Made by a program: the position numbers and the translations under genes. A stretch of DNA of 64,000 nt from assembly GCA_025453395.1 (NCBI GenBank), contig JALOQK010000004.1, positions 51,563 through 115,562 of the forward strand. The letters are read 5' to 3'. Source of the stretch: Candidatus Omnitrophota bacterium (GTDB lineage Bacteria; Omnitrophota; Gorgyraeia; Gygaellales; Profunditerraquicolaceae). Below the pieces are notes generated by a model. That model made no database searches, was not told the origin of the DNA, and saw only the letters and a program-made list of their open reading frames with translations. Below, in pieces: positions 38,136 to 45,746 of the stretch; the stretch's first letter is position 1, and every line of letters begins with the position of its first letter.

Positions 38136-38786
38136 TTATTTATAATATTCTACTGGAACTGCCTGACGCATAATAGACAAAGTTTCGTTTATCAGGATAT
38201 TTATCGCTTTTTCCATAGGAGCATTTTGGTAAGATTTTAGCGCTGCGATATTCCCGCAACTAAATACCCCCCCTGCCTGCTGTTTCAAGCAATCTGTGGC
38301 CTGGCCCTTAATCCTTGTCTTTTGCAAAATAACTTTATTATTGTTAGCATCGTTTATCTGCAAATCAAAAGCTACATACGCCTTGTTCAGGGAGTCTCCT
38401 AAAAATCCGCCTAAAACACCGCTTCCTGCCCCGCCGCCTCCTCCTGAACCAGAGCGGCCGCCGGACATCTGTGGCTCAAATTCAACAACATCCACTTGCG
38501 CGATCAGATCATAAGCCGGGCTTCCGGGGTCATCGGGTTTTTTCAGGTCTATTATATTAAAATTGCTATTTTTATTAAGTTCAGCGATTAAAACGCGGCG
38601 CAGGCTGTCGCTTATCGCGGCTTGCGCGTTTGGAGAAGTTGCCGTAAATTCTGCTACCGCTAATTTAACCTTTTTACCAGACAAAAGACTATTCCTTAAC
38701 CCCGATTTCTTTGAAGCAAGGCACCCGCCTAAAGCTAAACAGATAACAACTAAATAGATATAAAATACAGCTAATATTTTTTTCAT
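38136..38786 (-). CDS. CsgG/HfaB-family-like lipoprotein
   Basis: Lipobox LALGGC, a KVKLAVAEF..S motif resembling the CsgG family, and an internal Gly-rich linker. Confidence 0.5.
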   Translation of the reverse strand: MKKILAVFYIYLVVICLALGGCLASKKSGLRNSLLSGKKVKLAVAEFTATSPNAQAAISDSLRRVLIAELNKNSNFNIIDLKKPDDPGSPAYDLIAQVDVVEFEPQMSGGRSGSGGGGGAGSGVLGGFLGDSLNKAYVAFDLQINDANNNKVILQKTRIKGQATDCLKQQAGGVFSCGNIAALKSYQNAPMEKAINILINETLSIMRQAVPVEYYK

Positions 38787-38809
38787 CTGCGATATTAAGA
38801 TAAACCAAT

Positions 38810-38842
38810 AAGGGCAGGAATATTATCCCGCCCTTATTTTTT
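38810..38842 (-). terminator. hairpin AAGGGCAGG-N8-CCCGCCCTT flanked by A/T runs (bidirectional terminator-like)
   Basis: Seen in the sequence between the 38864-39313 gene and the CsgG-like gene. The T-run is on the + strand and a weaker U-rich tract is on the - strand. Confidence 0.35.
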
Positions 38843-38863
38843 AGCTTTTTATGAAAAGCCCTT

Positions 38864-39313
38864 TTACGGCTGTTTTTCTACAGGAACTGGCGCAGCAGCA
38901 GGATTATCCATTTCATAAGCAGGAGCAGCCATATTATCTGCCGCGGGAGCCTCTTCAATAGATTCCCTGCTTATAGTTTGGGCTAAAGAAACCCCGCCTG
39001 GCCCCAAGGCCCAATCAATACTGACCATATCCTGAAGCTTAATTTCCTCAAGAGAGCCCACGCCTTCAAAGGTTGTAGCTTCGTTTACTTTTAAATCCAT
39101 TTCTTTCTCGGTGTCTGTTTCGTAGTCTAAGTATTTAACCTTGATTACCTTAGCAGCCGGATCCACTGATACAACTTCACCCCAAACCCATTGCGGGCCT
39201 TCCGCGTTAACAACAGGGGCAGCTGGCTGATTAGGCGCCTCTTGAGCAGACAGGGTTACCTGCCCTAAGAGCATAACGCTTAATATGCTGGTTATAATTA
39301 TTACTATTCTCAT
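38864..39313 (-). CDS. secreted hypothetical protein (Ala/Pro-rich termini)
   Basis: Signal peptide. No recognisable domain. Confidence 0.45.
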   Translation of the reverse strand: MRIVIIITSILSVMLLGQVTLSAQEAPNQPAAPVVNAEGPQWVWGEVVSVDPAAKVIKVKYLDYETDTEKEMDLKVNEATTFEGVGSLEEIKLQDMVSIDWALGPGGVSLAQTISRESIEEAPAADNMAAPAYEMDNPAAAPVPVEKQP

Positions 39314-39407
39314 ATAATCCTCCTTTATGAATAAAGCACCGTTAATTCATAACGTTTCTGCACTATAACATAAAAAAATATCCCTGTCAAGAATGCCCTG
39401 GGCGTAA

Positions 39408-40790
39408 TTAATGATAATACGGGACAAAGATAAGAACAGCCCAGGCGATACAAACAGTTACGCAGCCAACAACTAAACCAATGCCCAGCCACTGAAGAAA
39501 CTTAAGACGCAGATTCTTTTCTTTCTCTAATATGCCTAAAGCTACAATATTAGCGGTTGAGCCTACTATAGTGATATTGCCGCCGAAACAGCCTCCAATA
39601 AGAAGCGCCCACCATAAAGAATCTAAATGTATATTAAGGCTGCTAAAGCTCTGTAGTACCGGGATAAATGCTGCCACTAAAACCACATTATCTAGTATGC
39701 TTGATCCAATCGTGGAGACCCACAGCACTATACCAGTAAGCGCTGAAGCATTATTGCCTATAGCCTGCCCCAGCCTTGAAGCGATAACGTCAGTTGTGCC
39801 GCTGTACTTAAGTGTCCCGGCCTGCGCAAAAAGCAACAAAAAGAACAAGAGCGTCCACCATTCCACATCTTTCTCTATATAATCGCGCGCCTTGTGCGAT
39901 TTCCAAAGCATCACCAGGCCGCTTGACACAAGAGGCAGCGCCAATAAAACAGTATTCTCTGGCAATCCCAAAAGTATCTCAATACGGTGATGTAATGAAA
40001 TAGAAAAAAGTGTTGTCAAGAGAATGCCTAAGCTTATTTTCAATTCCTTGCAAGGGGAAATTGATATAAGACGGATAAGAATTTCATTAGCGCCTAATTC
40101 TTTGATGTGCCGATCAAACTGGCTTAATGCTTTACGATACCAATACTTAAAAATTATTGTGCAGACAATAATCGCTAAGACCATTATTGGAAAAGCCTTA
40201 ATAATAAAGTCCTCAAAGGTAAGCCCGGATTTTATAGCGATTAATACTCCAATCGGGTTGCCTAAGATTGTGCCGACAGAACCTATGTTAACCGCCATTA
40301 CCGCAATAATCACAAACGGCACAGGATTAACTTCAAAATAATCGCAAATTTCTAAAATAACCGCCAAAATAAAAATAATCGCCGCTACTTCTCCCACTAA
40401 ACATGATAAAATTGCCGAGACAAAAGAAATAATAAGCAGAAACTTGTTCGCGGTAAGCCTGCGCATGCGTAAAACTAAGCTGACAAGCCAGGCAAAAAAT
40501 CCCGTATCCTTCAACAGCCCGACGATTACCATCATTCCGATCAAGAAAAGGATAACCTCAAGCGAAGAAAATAAAATCAAATGCTCCAGATCAATAGTTT
40601 TGGTCATGAGAAGAACCGCTGTTCCTAAGAAAGCGAAGGTCAGGCGGAAACTCCAAAAAAGAAGCGTGCCTAAAATAGAAACGGCAAAAATAGAAAGCGA
40701 AGTGGCTTGATGCAGGTTAAGGCCGAATTGCTGGCTTAAGAAAAAAAGGCAGAGCGGAATTAATAGTATTAATAAGAATTTTACTTTCAA
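39408..40790 (-). CDS. ArsB/NhaD (CitMHS/SLC13-like) superfamily anion permease
   Basis: 460 aa with 12+ TM helices and an internally duplicated pattern. Confidence 0.65.
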   Translation of the reverse strand: MKVKFLLILLIPLCLFFLSQQFGLNLHQATSLSIFAVSILGTLLFWSFRLTFAFLGTAVLLMTKTIDLEHLILFSSLEVILFLIGMMVIVGLLKDTGFFAWLVSLVLRMRRLTANKFLLIISFVSAILSCLVGEVAAIIFILAVILEICDYFEVNPVPFVIIAVMAVNIGSVGTILGNPIGVLIAIKSGLTFEDFIIKAFPIMVLAIIVCTIIFKYWYRKALSQFDRHIKELGANEILIRLISISPCKELKISLGILLTTLFSISLHHRIEILLGLPENTVLLALPLVSSGLVMLWKSHKARDYIEKDVEWWTLLFFLLLFAQAGTLKYSGTTDVIASRLGQAIGNNASALTGIVLWVSTIGSSILDNVVLVAAFIPVLQSFSSLNIHLDSLWWALLIGGCFGGNITIVGSTANIVALGILEKEKNLRLKFLQWLGIGLVVGCVTVCIAWAVLIFVPYYH

Positions 40791-40812
40791 AAGTCTTAGG
40801 CTGCCCCTCTTT

Positions 40813-41373
40813 TTACTTACTGTTTTTCCTGCCGAAACAACTGTAAATTGCGGCGGCAGACAAGATCTTCAAGAAATCCCCCGGGATAAAAGGAATTATT
40901 CCCAATAAAACGCCTTGGGTAAAGGATACTTTTAAAGAATTAACTAACCAGAGCGCTCCTGAGATAAGCAGGATCGCCTCTGAGATAAGGAAAAGTAAAA
41001 CAACTCTATGGAACTTGTTGTGGGTAAATTTTATGCAGAAGCCGCAAAATAAAGCTGCCAGGAAAAATCCATATAGATAACCAGCAGTTGGCCCGGCTAA
41101 ATAAAGAAAACCGCTTCCTGCTCCAGAAAAAACCGGAAGGCCCAAAGACCCTATTACTACATACAAAATCTGGGCCAGGCCTGCTTTGCGCGCGCCTAAG
41201 AAACTAGCGCCCAAAAGCACAAAAAATACCTGCAAAGTAAAAGGCACTGGCGTAAATGGCAAAGGGATGCGCACCAGCGCTCCGACGATATTTAGAATAA
41301 CAAGCAGGCTTACGCCAGCCACAGCCAAAAACGCCCTTCTGGAAGAAGCCGCGTTCTTATAAATTAATTCCAT
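40813..41373 (-). CDS. bioY: biotin transporter BioY (ECF S-component)
   Basis: 186 aa with 6 TM helices and BioY conserved blocks. Confidence 0.8.
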   Translation of the reverse strand: MELIYKNAASSRRAFLAVAGVSLLVILNIVGALVRIPLPFTPVPFTLQVFFVLLGASFLGARKAGLAQILYVVIGSLGLPVFSGAGSGFLYLAGPTAGYLYGFFLAALFCGFCIKFTHNKFHRVVLLFLISEAILLISGALWLVNSLKVSFTQGVLLGIIPFIPGDFLKILSAAAIYSCFGRKNSK

Positions 41374-41425
41374 AAATAATCTCCTTCTTATTATTATAAA
41401 TCCTGCGCGCGAAAAGTAAATAAAA

Positions 41426-41617
41426 TTATTCCCTGGCTAAACCCAAAATTACTAAACCGCAAAGCAATAAAACCACGCCGATACAGCCTTTAGCGATTAC
41501 CTTGATAGCGTAAAACCAGTGCATCATCGCCCAAACCCCCGCTGTCACCAAAACTAGGCCCAAAATAAGCTTTAAAAATACGGACAATTTCACTTTGCAC
41601 CTCTCTTTTCTAGCCAT
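41426..41617 (-). CDS. small 2-TM membrane protein (about 54-63 aa)
   Basis: The start is MARKERCK, or the GTG after an AGAGAGG RBS. The upstream part of the ORF-track call is a heptamer repeat that only appears to encode WQIANSKWQ. Confidence 0.35.
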   Translation of the reverse strand: MARKERCKVKLSVFLKLILGLVLVTAGVWAMMHWFYAIKVIAKGCIGVVLLLCGLVILGLARE

Positions 41618-41643
41618 TTGCCATTTGCTATTTGCTATTTGCC
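41613..41643. repeat. tandem heptamer repeat (CATTTGC/TATTTGC)x4
   Basis: Seen directly. It overlaps the lpxL-like stop codon region. Confidence 0.7.
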
Positions 41644-42552
41644 AACTGGGGGTTGGCTCTTCCATCTGCGATGGATCCATCCCCATTCCTGCGGGTACAT
41701 ACGGATATAGCGCTCAATTATATCAGTTAAACGCTGCACATTTAATATAATTGTGTCCTGAGAATTTTTGCCTTCTATCAAAGGGACTTCTTCATCAAAG
41801 ATAATTTTATGCGTATCATCAGCTTGCCTCAGAATAAAGCAAGGCAAAAGAACTGCCCTGGTGCGTTGGGCAAAGATAACCGGGCCTGTGGCAGTAGCTG
41901 CCTTGCGGCCAAAAAAATCCACAAATACCCCGGATGTGCCGAAATTCTGGTCAATAGGCAAGAATATTATCTCGTTATTGCGCAAGGCTTTTATGGTATT
42001 GTCCACGCAGACATTCTTGGGATAACTGTAAATAGTTTTTACCTTATATTTCTCGCGCTTCTCTAAGAATATTTTCTCTACCCGCGCGTCGTGCATCGGG
42101 CGCATGATCCCGCCTATGGCATATCCTTCCAAGCTTAATTTCCCCAGCATAATCGGGAAGTTGCCAAAGTGGCCGCTAACCAAAATCACGCCTCTTTTTT
42201 TTGCTAAAGCCTGATCCAATTTTTCCTTGTTGGCAATGGTTATTCTTTCTTTTAAAAGCCAAGGTTTATCCATCATGAACATAAGCTCTAACGATGCTTT
42301 AGACATAAAGGTAAAACTATCCCGGGCAATTTTCTCTATTTCTGCTTGTGTTTTATCTGGAAAGGCCATGCGCAAACTTTCCAGGGCGATCTTTCTTTGT
42401 CTGGCAATAACCGCATAGCCAAAAGCGGCAATGCCCTTAGCAAAAGGATACAAAAATCTCCAGGGCGTTATGTTTATAATCTTAGCGCAACTAACAAGCC
42501 CAATAAAGGCCAGGAATCGCGAAAATTCTTTTTTCTTCTTTTTAAAATCCAT
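41635..42552 (-). CDS. lpxL: LpxL/HtrB-family lipid A (Kdo2-lipid IVA) acyltransferase
   Basis: 305 aa, N-terminal anchor and LPLAT-like acyltransferase motifs (H..D-type region around SGHFGNF). This assignment is inferred from family resemblance. Confidence 0.7.
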   Translation of the reverse strand: MDFKKKKKEFSRFLAFIGLVSCAKIINITPWRFLYPFAKGIAAFGYAVIARQRKIALESLRMAFPDKTQAEIEKIARDSFTFMSKASLELMFMMDKPWLLKERITIANKEKLDQALAKKRGVILVSGHFGNFPIMLGKLSLEGYAIGGIMRPMHDARVEKIFLEKREKYKVKTIYSYPKNVCVDNTIKALRNNEIIFLPIDQNFGTSGVFVDFFGRKAATATGPVIFAQRTRAVLLPCFILRQADDTHKIIFDEEVPLIEGKNSQDTIILNVQRLTDIIERYIRMYPQEWGWIHRRWKSQPPVGK

Positions 42553-42556
42553 TTGT

Positions 42557-42598
42557 CAGCTATCAGCTTTCAGCTATCAGCTATCAGCTTTCAGCGCA
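42557..42598. repeat. tandem heptamer repeat (TCAGCTW)x6, ending 4 nt before the lpxL start
   Basis: Seen directly: TCAGCTA TCAGCTT TCAGCTA TCAGCTA TCAGCTT TCAGCGC. Confidence 0.8.
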
Positions 42599-42624
42599 TG
42601 GCGCCGTAAACTGTTAACTGTAAA

Positions 42625-43107
42625 CTATAACTTATATCCTATTTTTCTTAAGAGGTCTTTTCGTGATTGTTTTTCCTCTTTTGTTTCCACGCCTTTAGGC
42701 GGCAATCCGTCAATAACTCCTAAAATACCTCTGCCGGAATCTGTTTGGGCGAGAATAACCTCTATCGGGTTAGCGCTGGCGCAATAGATATTACAGACTT
42801 CCGGAACCATTTTAATCGCGTTTAAGACATTAACCGGATACGCGGCTTTTAAGAAAACAATAAAAACATGCCCGCAGGAAACAGCTAAAAGATTATCTTC
42901 TGCAAGCTTCAGAAGCTCTCTGTCATTGCCCTCAAGGCGGATCTTACAAACTCCCGAGGCTTCAGAAAAACCTACAGCAAACTTTACTAACGGGACACTA
43001 TTAACAATTGCCTCATAGATGTCTTCGGCTGTCTTAATGAAATGGCTCTGGCCGATAATTACATTCAAATCATCGGATTTCTTTATCTTTACGGTAACAA
43101 TTTCCAT
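42625..43107 (-). CDS. conserved hypothetical protein (possibly adenosine-specific kinase family, PF04008-like)
   Basis: 160 aa. The assignment rests on remembered family resemblance (..NIYCASANPIEV..GRGILGVIDG..) and is uncertain. Confidence 0.4.
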   Translation of the reverse strand: MEIVTVKIKKSDDLNVIIGQSHFIKTAEDIYEAIVNSVPLVKFAVGFSEASGVCKIRLEGNDRELLKLAEDNLLAVSCGHVFIVFLKAAYPVNVLNAIKMVPEVCNIYCASANPIEVILAQTDSGRGILGVIDGLPPKGVETKEEKQSRKDLLRKIGYKL

Positions 43108-43157
43108 CTTATTCGCCCCCCTATTTTAGGCTACATATTAACATAAGAATGACAGCA

Positions 43158-43316
43158 AATCAATCACCAAACACCAAATTACCTGCCTACCGGCAGGCAG
43201 GCAAACACCAAATAATACCCAATAATCAATAACCAATTAACCAAACAGATTCGGGTATTGGTAATTGGTATTTGGTTATTATTTGGTTATTGTAAACTTG
43301 ATTATTGGTTATTAAA
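43158..43316. promoter_or_regulatory. long imperfect inverted repeat built from ACCAAA(T) / (A)TTTGGTTATT direct repeats, plus a CCTGCC-TACC-GGCAGG hairpin, in the divergent region upstream of the CDF gene
   Basis: Seen directly. TTGGTTATT occurs three times on the right arm, and its complement motifs occur on the left arm. Confidence 0.5.
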
Positions 43317-43319
43317 AAG

Positions 43320-43356
43320 TTGTTACTACCCATAAAATATTGTATAATAATTTTAT
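43320..43356 (+). promoter_or_regulatory. sigma70-like promoter (TTGTTA-17 bp-TGTATAAT) overlapped by the perfect palindrome CCATAAAAT-ATTGTATAATA-ATTTTATGG. The predicted TSS is at or near the ATG at 43355, so the mRNA may be leaderless
   Basis: Seen directly. The palindrome spans 43328-43356 and covers the -10 box and the start codon. Confidence 0.45.
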
Positions 43357-44224
43357 GGAAACAAACGATAATAAGTATAAAACAATCCGCAAGGTTTTAA
43401 TTATTGTGCTTATCTTAAACTGGCTGGTAGCGGGCTTTAAAATTGCCTTTGGCCTATTTACCCGCTGCGCCAGTATGACTGCCGACGGATTCCATTCCCT
43501 TGCTGACGGGGCATCCAATATTATAGGGCTTGCCGGCATCCATTTTGCCAGCCAGCCTAAAGACAGCGACCATCCTTATGGGCACAAGAAATTTGAAACC
43601 TTCTTTACTTTAGGCATCGCGGTATTACTGTTCTTGGTAGCCATAGAATTATTCAAAGAAGGCATCGCCCGCTTAGGCAAACCAGTAACCCCAGAAATAA
43701 ACTTCGCGAGTTTCATTGTCATGATTTCAACCATGATAATCAATATTCTGGTAATGTTATACGAGCGCAACCGCGGCAAAAAACTCTCAAGCGATATCCT
43801 GACTTCTGACGCCCTGCACACAAAAGCGGACATCTTTGTTTCCTTCTCGGTTATTATCACTTTAATACTTATCCAGCGGGGATTCTTCCTGGCTGACGCG
43901 ATTGTCACTTTGGCTATCGCGTTTCTTATCGCTTACAGCGGAATTGGCATCTTAAAAGAAAGTTCGCGTGTTTTATGCGACTCAACAGTATTAGATGATA
44001 AATACATTGAGAAAATTGTTCTTTCTGTGCCGGGAGTGCGCACCTGCCATAAAATACGCACCCGCGGAAGGACTGACGATGTGCATGTAGATTTACATGT
44101 GCAGGTTACCCCCAGCATGCATGTGGATAAAGCGCACACGGTCAGTGACACTATTGAAGAAACGCTAAAAAAAACCCTGCCCGGAGTAACGGATGTAATT
44201 GTGCACATTGAGCCGACTTCTTAA
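43355..44224 (+). CDS. cation diffusion facilitator (CDF) family metal efflux transporter
   Basis: 6 TM helices, the HSLADG motif and a C-terminal cytoplasmic domain with His/Asp. The start is taken at METNDNK; the ORF-track start at 43340 lies inside the -10 box. Confidence 0.8.
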   Translation: METNDNKYKTIRKVLIIVLILNWLVAGFKIAFGLFTRCASMTADGFHSLADGASNIIGLAGIHFASQPKDSDHPYGHKKFETFFTLGIAVLLFLVAIELFKEGIARLGKPVTPEINFASFIVMISTMIINILVMLYERNRGKKLSSDILTSDALHTKADIFVSFSVIITLILIQRGFFLADAIVTLAIAFLIAYSGIGILKESSRVLCDSTVLDDKYIEKIVLSVPGVRTCHKIRTRGRTDDVHVDLHVQVTPSMHVDKAHTVSDTIEETLKKTLPGVTDVIVHIEPTS

Positions 44225-45696
44225 AGAACAAATAAAATTACCCCCGCCAAAGTCACAAACACATCCCCATAGCGGGTGTAAAAAGTATTTCTCAAGGCGC
44301 AATCCTGAAATTGACAGCTACTAAAACCACCTATAAAAGTATTTTCCCCGCCTTTTTCTACCAAAGACAATATCTTTCCTGAAGGCGCGATAAAACCTGA
44401 AATCCCGGTATTGGCAGAACGCGCCAGGAATACCCTGTTCTCCAGCGCCCTGAAAACTGAAGCCTGCAAATGCTGCCGGGGCGCAGAAGTTTTCTTATAC
44501 CAGGCGTCATTGGTGATATTCACCAAAAGCCCCGCGCCTTGCTTTACAAAAGAACGCGCCAGCTCCGGGAATAGATCCTCAAAACAGATCAACACTGCGC
44601 ATTTAACAGAAAAACTTGCCTTCTTGGCGGCAACAGGAAACAATGTGTAATCTTTCCCCGGGCTAATATCGCCTATCGGAGCAATGGATTCTAAGAAAGG
44701 AAATACGCCGCGAAAGGGAATATATTCTCCAAAGGGCACAAGGTGCAGCTTGTTGTATACAGCTAAAATATCGCTTTTAGCGGATAAAAGAAGCGCGCTA
44801 TTATAATATTTTTGATTTTCTGTCCTGACTGCGCCTAAAAGAAGCTGCGATCTTAGCCCACGGTTAAAATCCTGAACAAGCTTAAAATATCGCGGCTGTT
44901 CTTCCAATACTACCGGCAAGGCCGCCTCCGGCCAGATAATCAAATCCGGATTATCCGTTCCTGATAAACGCGCGGTTGTTTCCATGAATCTGGCCATAAT
45001 AAAATCGCGATTATCCTCGGACCACTTTAATTCTTGGTCTATATTGGACTGGACAACCCCTAAGTTTAAATCAAGTTTCTGGCTTAAACTATTTACCTTG
45101 TTTAATCTTATAAACCCATAAAAGAGTACTGCCAATAAAACTACAACTGCTACTAACGCCTGCTTCAGGCGCAAATTTAAAGATATTTCTTTTTGCAATA
45201 GAATAAACACCCCGGCATTGACCAGAACAATAACAAAAGAAACCCCGTAAACGCCTGCCAAATCAGCTACCTGAATAAAGGGAAGATTTAAATATTGAGA
45301 ATAGCCTAAACTTGCCCAGCCAAACCCGGTAAAAAGATGCGCCCTTGTGTATTCTAAAACAGACCAGGCCCCCGGGAGAATCCATAAAATACGCATCGGG
45401 CTTTTTTTGTTCAGGAAAACCGCGGTTAAAACCCCGAAAACCCCGAAATAACAACAAAGATAGGCAATTAAAACCACTGTCCCTAAGAAAGTTACATGCA
45501 CCAGCCAATAGATCGCCCCCCACCAAAATATCATTCCCGATAGATAGGCGATAAAAAATGATTTTATAAGCGGCTGTTTTCTTAAAGCAAAGAAAAGCGG
45601 CACAAAGGCAACGAATGCTAAATAGGAAAGATTAAAATCCGGAAAGGAAAGAAAAAGTAAAATCCCTGAAAAGGAAGCTAAAATAAAAGGGAACAA
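44221..45696 (-). CDS. lnt: apolipoprotein N-acyltransferase
   Basis: N-terminal multi-TM domain plus a nitrilase/CN-hydrolase domain (E..K..C triad region). It has a TTG start with a GAGGT RBS. Confidence 0.8.
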   Translation of the reverse strand: MFPFILASFSGILLFLSFPDFNLSYLAFVAFVPLFFALRKQPLIKSFFIAYLSGMIFWWGAIYWLVHVTFLGTVVLIAYLCCYFGVFGVLTAVFLNKKSPMRILWILPGAWSVLEYTRAHLFTGFGWASLGYSQYLNLPFIQVADLAGVYGVSFVIVLVNAGVFILLQKEISLNLRLKQALVAVVVLLAVLFYGFIRLNKVNSLSQKLDLNLGVVQSNIDQELKWSEDNRDFIMARFMETTARLSGTDNPDLIIWPEAALPVVLEEQPRYFKLVQDFNRGLRSQLLLGAVRTENQKYYNSALLLSAKSDILAVYNKLHLVPFGEYIPFRGVFPFLESIAPIGDISPGKDYTLFPVAAKKASFSVKCAVLICFEDLFPELARSFVKQGAGLLVNITNDAWYKKTSAPRQHLQASVFRALENRVFLARSANTGISGFIAPSGKILSLVEKGGENTFIGGFSSCQFQDCALRNTFYTRYGDVFVTLAGVILFVL

Positions 45697-45711
45697 ATCA
45701 TTACCTCGTTT

Positions 45712-45746
45712 TCAGCTATCAGCTGTCAGCCTTCAGCTATCAGCTA
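45712..45746. repeat. tandem heptamer repeat TCAGCTA TCAGCTG TCAGCCT TCAGCTA TCAGCTA between the secA stop and the lnt RBS
   Basis: Seen directly. It is almost identical to the copy at 59416-59450. Confidence 0.8.

Noticed and set aside
38400-38470. GC-rich low-complexity stretch (GCCGCC/CCTCCT runs)
   Set aside because: It encodes the Gly/Ser-rich linker (SGGRSGSGGGGGAGSG) of the CsgG-like lipoprotein and is not an independent repeat element.
39314-39407. TATGAAT-N11-ATTCATA palindrome upstream of the ArsB/NhaD permease gene
   Set aside because: It is AT-rich, short, unique and lacks supporting context. It could be an operator but the evidence is too weak to call.
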